64,000 bases of DNA from the human T2T-CHM13v2.0 reference genome, Homo sapiens, in NCBI RefSeq assembly GCF_009914755.1, contig NC_060925.1; one strand, 5' to 3'. The notes beneath the pieces were generated by a model. That model ran no database searches, was not told where the DNA came from, and was given only the letters and a program-made list of their open reading frames with translations. Position 1 is the first letter of the stretch. Each line of letters opens with the position of its first letter. The position numbers and the translations under genes are program-made. This document shows positions 1 through 12,272 of the stretch, in pieces.

Positions 1-695
1 TCTCTGTTTGGCCACCATGAGCTCAAACCCGTTACAGGAAGGGGAGCATGCAGATGGGCAGCTGCAGGAACTGGGTTGAGTGTTTTTTGGCTCTTGCCCC
101 ATGGCAGTGTCTAGGGTTGGGTGCCTGCGACGTTTGAAGCCCCAGTGTTACAATGCTCTTTTAGCTCTGCTGTCCTCAGATGGCTTAAGTGTTAACCAGC
201 TCAGTGCCCACTTGGTACCCAGGCCTTTGTCTAGCATCCTGGAAGAATCAGGTAACCCATGGACTTGAAGGGTGGTGAATGTGGGGGCTTTACTGAGTGG
301 TGGACGTGGCTTTCAGTTGGCAGGGTGGGGAGCTGGAAGGAGGATGGAGTGGGAAGATAATCTTCCCTTGGAGTTCAGCTGTCCCGTGACCAAACTCCTC
401 TCTGTCCCCAGCTGGACTCCTCTAGATGCTCAGATGCTCCTTCTCTTCTTTCCTTCTCTGTCACACCATTCTTCTGTTCCTTGGCTCTTCTGCTCATCTC
501 CTTGTGGAGCCATAGGTTTGGGGTTTATATGAGTACAGGATAGGTGACATGGTGGATCAAAAGGCAACATTTTGTGTGCAAAAACAGGAATGCCTGTTCC
601 CATTTAGGGTCATGGGTTTCCAGGGTTGAGGGTGGGGCCTTTGCTAGGGAACCACCCTCTTCTACCCAGTATTTTCCTGTCTCCTGTCTGTATCA
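1..695 (-). mobile_element. MER52-family ERV1 LTR (cut by window start)
   Basis: Reverse complement from 695 reads TGATACAGACAGGAGACAGGAAAATACTGGGTAGAAGAGGGTGGTTCCC...GGCCCCACCCTCAA...TAAATGGGAACAGGCATTCCTG, matching the recalled MER52 5' end. Confidence 0.8.
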
Positions 696-796
696 ATAGG
701 TACACAATATTTATTAAATTAATGAATGACTATACATTATGAAATGGGAAATGCAAGGTATAAAGGAGAATTGCTGTCCTTGAAAAGAAATTTAGT

Positions 797-1092
797 TTGT
801 TTTTTTTGTTGAGATGGAGTCTTGCTCTAGGCTAGAGTGCAGTAGTGTAATCATGACTCACTGCAGCCTCGAGCTCCTGGGCTAAAAAGTGATCCTCCTA
901 TATCAACCTCCCAAGCAGCTGGGACTGCAGGCATGTACCACCATGCCTAGCTAATTTTTGTATTTTTTTTTTTTTAGAGACGGGGTCTTGCTATGTTGCC
1001 CAGGCTAGTCTCGAACTTCTGGGCTCAAGCAATCAGCCTGCCTCGGCCTCTCAAAGTGCTGAGATTATAGGCATGAGCCATCATGCCCAGCC
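797..1092 (-). mobile_element. AluJ
   Basis: Antisense dimeric Alu with poly-T and J-type diagnostics (CTCACTGCAGCCTC, CTCCTGGGCT, TATGTTGCCCAGG); ends CCCAGCC. Confidence 0.9.
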
Positions 1093-1707
1093 AATCTAAA
1101 ATTAAGTTTCATCATCCTCCACAATGTTTAATTTTGTTTTTGAACTCTACCTGGATTAAAAGCAGCTTTTAATTAAAGATCATATGTGTGTGTACACACA
1201 CATAGGCAGATGTTTAATCACTGATGAGCAAATGAGTATATTAAACTTTTACCCAGTTGGTAGGAAAAATCATGCTTTTTTCCACTTTTTTTTTTTTAAC
1301 CAGTGCAAAATGTTCATTTATCTCCAAAGGGCTACAACTGCAACCAAGTTAGCTATATGCTGAACATTTTAGCTTTGGCCAAAATGTTTAACTATATACA
1401 TAGTGTCAATATACAACAAAATTTGGCCAAAGTTTGTGAATAAAAGTCTATATTTTTAAAATATGACAAACATTTTTCATAGGATAAAGGAAAGTTTTGC
1501 CCTGTAAACTTTCAGAAAGACCCCATCTGAGTTCCGGTGGAATTTGAAGTTGGAACAATTTTCCATTCATTTTGCCAGCATATTTACATTAATTTTCAGG
1601 CCATCTTTCTTAAATAGTCCAAAACACTTTTTCTGTGAGATTTCATATAAATGACCATAGGTTTGAGAGATTTCTTATGAGGTGTTATCAAGTACAGCTT
1701 CCTCTAG

Positions 1708-2037
<330 letters not shown>

Positions 2038-2679
2038 TAATCACTAGACATGCACATTTTATTTATTCTGGAAGCAGTCCATGTAAAGCAATATGATAAT
2101 GTCCATTGGTATATGTTTCTTTTCTCTGGCCAATCTAAGTGTAGGGTACCAAATTGCCAATATAAAAATTGCTGTGGTCTCTACAAATTTTTTTAAAGGT
2201 AAGTTTTACTGCTCATGTTAATCAAATAAATAATTAACTCCTCCCATCCCTAACAAAAGTTGTCCCTTCTTTCCCTGACTCCACACCTCATCATTAATGT
2301 ACAAGTTTATCATTTTCTTTCATATTCTGTATAAAACTGTTAATTGAATGCTCACCTTTCTTTTTATAACTATGTTTTTGTTTCCTCCTTCTCTATTTTG
2401 TCTTTCATTCTTTATTCCTTTCCTCCCCATCATTTTTATTCTTCTTCCTTCTTTCTTTTCTCCTTTTTTTGATATTTATTCCTTTTTTCTTTGCCTCCAC
2501 AAACATTTATTGGGCACTATTCTAGATATTAGTTATATGGAACTGAAGATTCTAGACCTTGAGAAATTTATTATTTAAATATCTAATAGTAGACGTTTAC
2601 TTATGGAGTTAATATACCAAGTCACAGAAAGGATAAGACACTTATTTAAACTAATTCAGCTTATTCAACAAATGGAGGA

Positions 2680-2785
2680 GCTGATTTATTCATTTATTCT
2701 TTTATTCATATATTAACATATTTGTGGAGTAGCTACTATGTGCCAAGAACTGATCTAGTTGCTACAGATACAGAAGACAAAAGCA
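2680..2785 (-). mobile_element. L2 3' end fragment
   Basis: (ATTC/ATTT)-rich tail followed by ACATATTTGTGGAGTAGCTACTATGTGCCAAG, typical of an antisense L2 3' end. Confidence 0.6.
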
Positions 2786-2891
2786 ATTAGAGCAAATCAG
2801 TTTTATTAAAAAAACACATTTATTTGGTTTGATATTTTCCCATCTCCTATCAATGGAAGTAGAGTTATTTGAGTTATTTTTAAAAATCTGA

Positions 2892-3181
2892 TTTTTTTTT
2901 TTTTAAATCGGGTCACCCTCTGTCACCCAGGCTGAAGTGGAATGGTGATCATAGCTCACTGAAGCCTCAAACTCTTGGGCTCAAGTCATCCTCCCTACTC
3001 AGCCTCCCAAGTAGCTGGGATGAAAATTGTGCACCACCACATGATTAATTTTTGTATGTTTTGTAGAGACAGGGTCTCACTATATTGCACTGGCTGGTCT
3101 CAAACTCCTGGCCTCAAGTGATCCTCCCCCTTCAGCCTCCCAAAGTGCCAAGATTACAGGCGTGAACCACCATGCCCAGCC
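2892..3181 (-). mobile_element. AluJ
   Basis: Diverged antisense Alu with ATCATAGCTCACTG and CTTGGGCTCAAG J-type features. Confidence 0.88.
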
Positions 3182-4349
3182 AAAACTTTCAGTTCTATAA
3201 CTCACTCATATACTGTATCTTTAAGTAGCTCACCAAAATTTACCATGAACTAACCCATAGAATTATTAATAATATTTATGCCATTGCCCTACACTTGGAA
3301 TTTGAAGCAGTTTAGATTTGATTGGTTAAAATATATATAAATGCAGAAGCAATTTTCCATTGGCTAGGAATATTCTCATCTTCAGAAAAAAATTACAGTT
3401 TTCTGGGCTTAAATTTTCAAATTTGTTATTCAAAACAAGAAATCTATTTCAGAAAATAGTTCGTTAAATATCGGATGTAAGGCTAAAATTAACATCTATG
3501 CTGCTGGAGCAATTAGGCTTATATAGATTAAGAAGAAAATGCAATATTCATCTCTGTTTGTTAATGTGCTCACGAAGGACTATAAGGCCAATGGAAAGTT
3601 GGATACCAACAAGAATGTGATCCATTCCGCTGACCATGGGGTGAGATATAGTGGAACCCACAGTAACATTGTCTCCCATCCTTATTAGAAGAAAAGTGTC
3701 AAATAAATGCCAAAGCTAAGATGGGAGGAAAGAATAGAGTGAAAGTGAAGCTAAAATCGTTTACCAAGTATCAAGTTTCTAAGAGTCAAATGAAACAAAA
3801 TGTGAAGTAGAGAAATAAATGAGAGCTAAGATTAAGCATTTGATAAAGAGATTTAAATAGCAAAACCCACTTCTCATTGACTGGGTCTGGCAGAAACTCC
3901 TTTAAAGCACCCAGAGTATAACTTAAGGAATGTAGGCTACTGTTTTCCTGGGGGTGGGAGGGAAATATAGTATTGGAACCAAAACAGGAAATGCCATTCT
4001 ATCTTGCTTTGCATTTTAATTACTTCAGGTAATCTTAGTCAACACCTCACGCCAGTTATAAGAGAACTACGTAAGTTTTGGACATGGACACTTAAAATCA
4101 AGGAATAAAGACCTGCATTATGATAGAGCAAAAATTTAGAAAATTAAGTGGAGTGATAAAGTATAACTAGAAATTTCAATGGCAGAATAAAAGATATCAT
4201 AAAAATTCAGAAAATCATAAACAATATGAATAAAAGGAAGACTGACCTCTGTAACACTGTAAGAGTTAAATAACACGTAAAATTTTAAGGAAGCTGAGGA
4301 AAAAAATAAAACATAAAGGTAACTACCTTTTAGGTTAAATATTTTTTAC

Positions 4350-4712
4350 CTAAGGTAGTTGCTGAGGTTTAAACCTCCCGATCTCAGTGGCATAAAACAA
4401 TAACAGTTTTGCTCATCAAGGACTAAACAGGAATTCTGTTTTATGTCATTATCTTAGTTACTCTGGGACCCACGCTGATGACACAATCACTATCTGGAAC
4501 ATTGTTGGGAGACAGAAAAGGCACATGGTAAAGCATGAACTTCCTATTAAATCTTCTTCCAGGTAGTGACACACTTGACTTTACTTGCATTTTGTTGACC
4601 AAAGCAAGCCACAGGACTATGCCTGAGTTCAAAGGGTGGGGAAATGCAATTCTGTCATATGTAGGAAAGAAAAAGGGATCCAAATGTTTGGAACAGATGC
4701 AATGATTGGTAC
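4350..4712 (-). mobile_element. MLT1 (MaLR) LTR, MLT1I/J-like
   Basis: ATCTCAGTGGCATAAAACAA...CATTTTGTTGACCAAAGCAAGCCACAGG...GGGTGGGGAAATGCAATTCT motifs of antisense MLT1. Confidence 0.65.
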
Positions 4713-5199
4713 AGTAGTAAACTTTAAATACTCATTGTTTTTAAGAGTGGAATAGGCTAAATATATAACTGATTTTGAAAGAGATTCAGCTGCATTAAAG
4801 GATACATTTATAAATGGAATTTTTTAAGAAGCTCAAGGATGTTTTATAGAATACCCTAATGGCTTCTTCTCTGATGTCAAAGAGAAAAGTCATGAACTTT
4901 AAAAATCTTCTTGCATGTAAAATAGAATAAGAGACTTGTTTATGAATCAAACCTCCTGCTCAAGATGATCTGTTCTCATATAATTCTTCTTTCTTACAGG
5001 CTAGAGATGCTAATTGATTTTCCAATTTGAATGTCTATATCTCCCCATGGTTATGTACTCCAAATGATAGGGTGTCTGAATTGGCAACTGAGTTTTATAT
5101 GGAATAATAGTTTAAAAAATACTAGAAGGGCTGGGATCTGAGTTAGATCCAGATATAAAGCAGGGATAGCATTATCTCCAGATATAATCATCAGTCTCC

Positions 5200-5380
5200 A
5201 ACAATGGTTCTCAACATTTGCTATATATCAGAACCACCTATGAATTGAAAAAACATAGCAATGCCCAAGCTCTACCCAAGATGGATTAATTCAGAATCTC
5301 AGTGGGTGGGAAGCGTGCACGTGCATTTCGAGAAGGTGGTGCGGCAACTGTGATAAAGAGTATAGTTTGAGAAACGTTGG
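5200..5380. mobile_element. MER5A-like hAT-Charlie MITE
   Basis: CAATGGTTCTCAAC...TCAGAACCACCT...AATTCAGAATCTC...TTTGAGAAACGTTG, with inverted termini. Confidence 0.65.
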
Positions 5381-6079
5381 TCTGCAAAACAATGTTTGAC
5401 TCAAGGAAGACTAAAGGACCAGAATAGTCCCAAGTAGTTACTCTCTACAAGTTTTCCGTCCCCAAACTCAAGGGAATGGATACTGGCACATTGGCTGCAG
5501 CAAGTTCACTTTAACGTGATTGGGTTGGGAAAAGGAACTAGGAGTACTTGGGATCCCAGATAGTCCATTGGGTGAAAGGTCAATGCCAAATATTCATTAT
5601 TTGTTGCTACGGCTTTTGACAAAAAGATCCAGACCATGTTATTCTGAATTGCAAGATTTACCTGGTTAACCCAGGTAATCACTAATCAGTGGTGAAACCA
5701 GACCTTGCTCCTAGCTTAGGTCGAAACCTGGCTAACCTCTAAACTAACCTTTTATTCCTGCCATTGTCATGAACAACACAGAATTCCCAAGAGAATCAAA
5801 TGCTATAAATTGCTTTGGAAGAATGGAATATATAGCTAGAAATGTGAGTATGGACTTGTCTGAAGCCAAGATAGCACATCAATGGGCACTGGGTAGCCAG
5901 GAGGACTCTGCTTGGACATGGAAGGCCAGAGGCCATTGGCAGAGTAAAGTAGGAAGAATATTAACTCATATGCACTGCTTGCCTCTTATTTGCCAAGGAC
6001 TTTTCATGAACTATGCAGTCTTCACAATTACCATTATAGGAAGATGTTATTAACTCTATTTTACAGAAAAAAATGAAGC

Positions 6080-6986
6080 TGCAGGAGTTAATGATGATCA
6101 CCCACAAATATGTGGATTTGGTATATCAATTATTTTAAGCTGAAAGCACTTGAGAAGCTGTGTTTGCAGAAAGGGCTATCAGACCTGTCCTTTCCTACAT
6201 GTAGTAAGCCATAAAAATTCCTTTGAGAATAGTGCCTTCCTTGTACCAGTGTTACAAAATAACCCATATCACCAGAGACTGGGAATTACTGCTGCAATGG
6301 ACCCATACAAATGAACTTACTGAAGAAACCATTATCTTCCACTAGCTTTACACACCCCCACCATAGGCCTCCTAATGATTTCCCTAGAATTTACTGCCTC
6401 TAGCCAGATCCTTTTGTCCTGTCATTTCTTCACAAATCTCTCATTCTTTGTCTAAAATGTATAAAAGGTCTCTGCTTTGACCATTTCTTCAGGTTTTTAC
6501 TCTCTTAATGATCCCCGTGCACATGTAAAAATAATGACACTTACATGCTGTTCTCTTCTTAACTTGTCTTGTGTCCATTTGATTCCTAGACCCAGCTGAA
6601 GATCCCATTTAAGAATTAGGATGGGTAGGCCAGGCGCAGTGGCTCACGCCTGTAATCCCAGCACTCTGGGAGGCTGAAGCGGGTGGATCACGAGGACAGG
6701 AGATGGAGACCATCCTGGCTAACACGGTGAAACCCCATCTATACTACAAATACAAAAAATTAGCCAGCCATGGTGGTGGGCGCCTGTAGTCCCAGCTACT
6801 CAGGAGGCTGAGGCAGGAGAATGAGGCAGGAGAATGGCGGAACCCGGGAGGCAGAGCTTGCAGTGAGCCGAGATCGCACCACTACACTCCAGACTGGGCG
6901 ACAGAGCGAGACTCTGTCTCAAAAAAAAAAAAAAAAAAAAAAAAAAGAATTAGGATGGGTAGAGGTGATCTTTAAACTCCCCAGCA
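6080..6986 (+). mobile_element. MER34-family ERV1 solo LTR interrupted by AluY
   Basis: TG...CA termini; CAAATATG...TATTTTAAGCTGAAAG start; TATAAAA box near 6460; flanks AAGC (6076-6079) and AATC (6987-6990) fit a 4-bp TSD with one mismatch. Confidence 0.7.
6628..6944 (+). mobile_element. AluY with 17-bp TSD
   Basis: GATCACGAGG, GAGACCATCCTGGCTAACACGG and GAGCTTGCAG Y diagnostics; pure A tail; TSD AAGAATTAGGATGGGTA at 6611-6627 and 6945-6961. Confidence 0.95.
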
Positions 6987-7689
6987 AATCTAGGAGATTA
7001 AGTAACTTGTTAGTGTTTCACAGTTAATAAATCATGAAGGCAAAATTTGAATCCTTTTCTTAGAGACTCAAAAGCCCTGCTTTTACTAGATATTATATGG
7101 CCTAGAAGGGAAAAAGAGGTGATACAAACAAACTTTGACACCATCACAATTTTATGTCACAAATACTTGCCCACCATTACACAATTTTATTAGACTGGAA
7201 ATCAGGAGCAATGCTGGAATATAATGTAAAATAAGACGTATTTTTGATTTGACAAGCCCCAGAGGAATAGGGTGGGAGTGTACAAATTTTCATAAAAGCC
7301 AAAAGTGCTTTTTGGGAGAGAAAATATTGCAAATTTCCAAGCCAGGTTTCAGCACCAGACACATGTGGATGTGTAAGTGTTATTTACTACACTGGCAAAA
7401 CAAGAGGGATGGAGGCTGAAAATCATGAGTAAACCCTGGGGAGGTGACTCGGGGGAGTTTTAGAACATTCTCACAGTGGGAAGCTGGAGGTTCACAGTTA
7501 CATTTATTTGATTATTATAAAAATACCTAAGATATACCCACAATGGTGGTAAGTGGGACATAGCTACAAACATGTCATCACCTGGAATGTCCCGTAAATT
7601 TCCCTTTCTCCTCTAAGATGTTATAGTTTCCCTTAAGGATATTGTTTCCTCTCTAGTCTACTCTTGAAAGCATTTCAAAGCCCCTTGTC

Positions 7690-8620
7690 TCTGAATTCAA
7701 TATGTTGTAGCCAGTGCCACCCAAATCCCTCAGGGACTCCTTAACACTTTGGGGGCCTCCTTTGAAACTTTTAATTCTTCCTCCCAATACTGGGACTGGC
7801 CAGCGTTGCAGTGCCATTAGGGAGGAGTGCCCTGTTACTGAATCAGTACCTGCCTCTGACCTGGTCCCATTTTATCCCATTTGCAGTGCCCTCCTATTCT
7901 CTTCTCTGACCTGATGACATGGCCACCCAGATTCCCAGAGGAGTTCTGGGATGTATGCCTCTGAGATCATCTTAGAATCCTGGACTGGGACTCAGAGCCA
8001 AAAAAGTGGCATGGCCTGCTGGCCAGCATGGTATTTCTTTTGCAGGATCAAGTGAGATTTTGGATGATTCTCATTCACAAATGAGATAGGATGAGCTCAG
8101 GGCTCTGGCTATGGAAAGAGTTGGGGTTCAACTCCAGTCCTTGGCCTTGTGCTGCATGAATGGGCCCATGCATCCACTCAGGCCCAACTGTGTTCTAATT
8201 GTGGTGCCACCTGTGGTCCATGGCACTAAAGGGCTGTGATGATGGCAGCAGATATCTTTAAACCAGTAAGCATAGTCTACCACTGACAACCAGGGCACCA
8301 TCCCAACTTTTCTGCAGGTTCTATGCCAGATATCAGGCACTTCTCATGGGATGGCCTCACCTAACTCCCTAGCCATCTTATCTGAGAACTTTGGAAATCA
8401 TTGTTCTGCAACACTAAGGGGCCGTCCTAATCAAGGGCTTTTCCCGCTTCAGACAAATATGGCAATGGCTTGCTCTTCCTGGATGATCTTAAATTGTGCC
8501 TTTTGAGTGGCCATTCCTTCAATGAATGGGACCATTTTTTTTTTTTACCATGCCATTGGGCCCTTCATGTGTTCTCCTTGCTGGTGGTGGTGGTATGCAG
8601 AAAGCAGGGATGGTCAACAT
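7690..8620 (-). mobile_element. Possible decayed Gypsy-like LTR retrotransposon internal region (gag, zinc knuckle, protease)
   Basis: GC-richer island. Minus-strand peptides SVVDYAYWFK (gag-like), C-WPAG-H (CCHC-like) and PEGFGWHWLQH (ILGxDWL-like) occur in retroelement order; all are degenerate. Confidence 0.35.
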
Positions 8621-9959
8621 AAAAAGAGATCACACTTCAGGAATGCAGTGAAAATGGCTTCATGAGTTCAAGAGAAGACATAGTTGGAAGAAGTATTTTC
8701 CTGTGTTCAGGCTGTTAAAATTCTAAACAGTAAATTCAATAATCAGAAAATGAATTGTGATTCACATTTTCCTCAATAATCTGGATAAGACCTTCATTTC
8801 TGATCATCATTAATGAAACAGCAACAACCTTTGAAAGAATCATTGGAAGCCAGTATTCATGGATGGCACAATGAATGATTACATTATTACATGAGTAATA
8901 ATGTAACAAGCATTAAATAAATGGTATTAGAGAACTGCAGAGGCAAGAAAATTTATCGTGTTTCAACACAAAAGTTACCAAAGAGCTATGGCATTGTGAG
9001 TAATAACAGCATTGCTGCATTTTTCTTTTAGTAGGAGATATGAAATCAGCCAGGAATGGAACATTTGACAATAAAGAACACAAAGAGATTGTTCTTGGAC
9101 CTGAACAGGAAGAGGTTTGGGGTGTACACTATGAATTATCTTTACATGCAGTGATTGGACCATAAACAAATAAATAAATATTTCTTCTCTATCCACTATT
9201 TTGAAACTTTATTCAGATAACTAATTATACCTAACACAGGCTTGTGAATTTCTAAATACGTTTAAGGTTAAATTGCTTATATTATAATGTATGTAAAAGG
9301 TACTTTCTCAGGGTCCTGCATGTCCCAGAGGTGCCCTGATATTAGCAGACAGTCCCAGAGGAAACAGAAGGTATTATAGGATGTCTCTATTATAAAGGGA
9401 CCTGAATGTATCCATCACGTTATGGAAACACAAACGCTTTCAGAGAAAATCAATATGTATTCCTAATTGGTAGGCTGAGGGCATAGTCTGAAGGAGAAGA
9501 AACTCCAAAACATTAATCAGGGAAAAAACGAATAGACAACTTTTTGTGCCAGTAAGAAAAGGGTAGCGTCAACATGAGCATTAGATACCTCTGAGTGCTA
9601 AGCTTTAATAACAGGGAGGGACATAGTTTAACAGTAGGCCCAGATCTTGATTACTTTTCCTAATGAGAGTGAAGCACAGCATGGAAAAGTGACAACTTGA
9701 GATAATTCAAAATGTCACCTTAGCTTTGAGTTTCAATCTCTTCCACAACCAGTCTTCATAAAAACTGCTAATGAGTAGTAAATTGGACTGATTTGAGTTT
9801 TACTTTGATTTGCTTCTTGTGCTAATCTTTAGAGAAAGGGTTTAAGGCAGTAGGATGTCATGGATAGCAAATGAGAGCAGAAGTTAAGCGACCTGAGTTA
9901 GAGCCTGTGCTCTGCAGTGAACAATCTGTGTGGCCCAGGGCAAGAAAACAAAGAAATTA

Positions 9960-10170
9960 GCTGTTTATGAACATCTGTCAGGTTCCATGCACTGTGCTAG
10001 GTCCAGAGGAGATAGGTGAACAAGACTGGGATCCTGCCCCCGACAACTGCTTACGGACTAGTAGTGTAGAATGAGATGTAAAACGATAATTAGAATATAT
10101 TGTGATAAGTATCTTACAGAGTTACGAGCAAAGGACTATGGGACTCCAGAATATAGTGTGATTAAACAAA
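9960..10170 (-). mobile_element. L2 fragment
   Basis: TTTATGAACATCTG...GCACTGTGCTAGG...GGTGAACAAGAC...CCTGCCCC antisense L2 3' region. Confidence 0.55.
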
Positions 10171-10202
10171 CAACGAGAAGATCAATAAGTATACATGTTA
10201 GT

Positions 10203-10505
10203 CAGCGCTGTAAATAATGAAAGCTGCATATGTAATTTTAACATTTCTAGGAAATATATTGAAAAGAGTAAAAAGGCACAGGTGAAATTAACCCTAATAA
10301 TATATTTAACCCAATAGATTCAAAATATAATTTCAACATAAATAGATATAAAAAGTATTAATTAATGAGATATTTTACATTTCTTCACTAGGTCTGTGAA
10401 ATTTAGTGTCTATTTTCTACCATAACACATGTTAATTTGGACTAACCACATTTCGAGTGCTCAGTAGCCACATGTGGCTAGCGACTACTATCTTGAGCAA
10501 TGCAA
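10203..10505. mobile_element. MER33 hAT-Charlie element
   Basis: CAGCGCTGT...CATATGTAATTTTAA...CAGGTGAAATTAA...CCACATTTCGAGTGCTCAGTAGCCACATGTGGCTAG. Confidence 0.8.
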
Positions 10506-10541
10506 CGATAAGTCTGCACTTACGTTCAAAAAGACTTAAAG

Positions 10542-11072
10542 CAGGGATCGACAACCCCCAGGCCACAGACTGGTATGGATCCATGGCCTGTTAAGAACTG
10601 TGCCACACAGCAGGAGGTGAGTGGTGGGCCAGAGAACAAAGTTTCATCTGTATTTACAGCCACTCCCCATTGCTCGCATTACCACCTGAGCCCCGCCTCC
10701 TGTCAGATCAATGAAGGCATTAGATTCTCATAGGAGTGCAAACTCAGTTGTCAACCTCACATGTGAGAGATCTAGGTTGTGCACTCCTTATGATAATCTG
10801 ATGCCTGATGACCTGTCACTGTCTCCCATCACCTCCATGTGGGACTCTCTAGTTGCAGGTAAACAAGTTCAGGAATCCCTCTAATTCTATATTATGGTGA
10901 GTGGTATAATTATTTTGTTATATGTTACAATGTAATAATAACAGAAATAAAGTGCACAATAAATGTAATATGTTTGAATCATCCCCAAACCATCCCCTGC
11001 TCCCCCAACAGTTGGTGGAAAAATTGTCTTCCACGAAACCAGTCCTTGGTGCCAAAAAGGTTGGGGGCTGCA
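10542..11072 (+). mobile_element. MER1A hAT-Charlie element with 8-bp TSD
   Basis: CAGGG...AACCCCCAGGCCACAGAC...GCCAAAAAGGTTGGGG; about 530 bp; TSD ACTTAAAG at 10534-10541 and 11073-11080 (8 bp is the hAT signature). Confidence 0.88.
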
Positions 11073-11894
11073 ACTTAAAGTATTTGTGCACCATTTAATG
11101 AGGAATTCCTAGCTTAACCCAAGAACATTGGAAAAACACTTAGAGATTTTTAATGTTCTGCAATGTTTCCAATACAAGATTTCACAAACTGATAATGATA
11201 TTGATAAGAATCCCTTGGAAAATGTGAAAAGACATACTCTCAGATTCCTGAGACTCTGAATCATTGAGTCTTGAGCAGATCTTAGGAATCTATATTTCTA
11301 TATAAAAAATCATTGATTAGTCCTAAATTTGTCCAGGTTGGGGACTACTGGCCAATAAGCTTCATAGAAGTCACCTGTGGAAATCAAAAGGGCAATTTGA
11401 TTTCAGGTAGCATTAGCAGAATGATCTTCCTCTGTGTGAATGGCCGTAAGTGAAGTGTTTCTGGAGAAACAACATCACTTCTCTTCCTAGAGAGGTGTGG
11501 TATCTGGAGCCAGCCCTGCCTTTCCTTCAGCTCTTATCATCTTATCACTTCCTCAGCCTGGAGTGGATGGCATCTCTTCACTAGGCTTCAGGAAGGTGTG
11601 AGGTTTTATTTTTCCCTTTGGGTCACATTATTTTTTGTCTGATGTTTTTCAGATAAGTTGTCCCAAAGTTGGCTATGCATTACAATCATCTAGATGACAT
11701 TAAAAATATCTTTCATGGATTCCTTTTCAAGTGTAGGAAGTGGTGCCTAGAACTCTGTATTTTTACAAACTCCTCAGCAAGCACTTGGTGTGTGGAAAAA
11801 TGTCTGGGGAGGCAGTGACCTAGAGAATCATTTGGAAATGTGTTGCTAGGGTTGCTGCTTCCATTGATAGATTTCAGCTTTGTTTACCACCATA

Positions 11895-12050
11895 CACAGT
11901 GTGATTTAATGGCCTAAGGCAGTCTTTGTTTGACATTTGGCTCTGCAGTTTACTAACTGTATGATCTTGTTAAGATATTTACCATGTCTGAGATTCTGTT
12001 TCCTCATCAGTACAATGGAGATAATAATATTCAATTTGAGGGCTGTTGTT
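11895..12050 (+). mobile_element. MIR fragment
   Basis: GGCTCTGCAGTTTACTAACTGTATGATCTTG...CTGTTTCCTCATCAGTACAATGGAGATAATAAT core. Confidence 0.65.
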
Positions 12051-12272
12051 TGTGTCCTAGGGCTCAGGTCTTGGTTCTTCTCCACGTTTAATCACTCTGT
12101 GATCTCATCTAGTCTTGTGGCTTTAAATAGCACCTACAGCTGATGACTCCCAAATTAACATCTCTAATCTGTCCTCTTTAATCCAGACCAATTTATATGA
12201 ATAGCTGACAGGCAGCTCAAATCTAACATGCCTAAAGCATAACTCTATAATCAATTTCCAAAATCAGTTTTT

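Larger units (their letters stand above)
5965..7103 (-). mobile_element. MIR split by the MER34-type LTR (pieces about 5965-6079 and 6987-7103)
   Basis: MIR core ATTTTACAGAAAAAAATGAAGC before the LTR; GATTAAGTAACTTG...CACAGTTAATAAAT...ATTTGAATCC resumes after it. Confidence 0.65.

Noticed and set aside
80-532. ORFs of 62 and 86 aa with a hydrophobic stretch
   Set aside because: They lie wholly within the antisense MER52-type LTR, with no recognisable domain or exon structure.
5655-5680. TTACCTGG-ttaac-CCAGGTAA hairpin (also GGTTTTGG-gaa-CCAAAACC near 47970)
   Set aside because: Stems of 8 bp are expected by chance in 64 kb and are too short for a pre-miRNA.
8200-8222. CTCF-like GACCACAGGTGGCAC on the minus strand
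   Set aside because: The 5' half of the core mismatches the consensus; not supportable from sequence alone.
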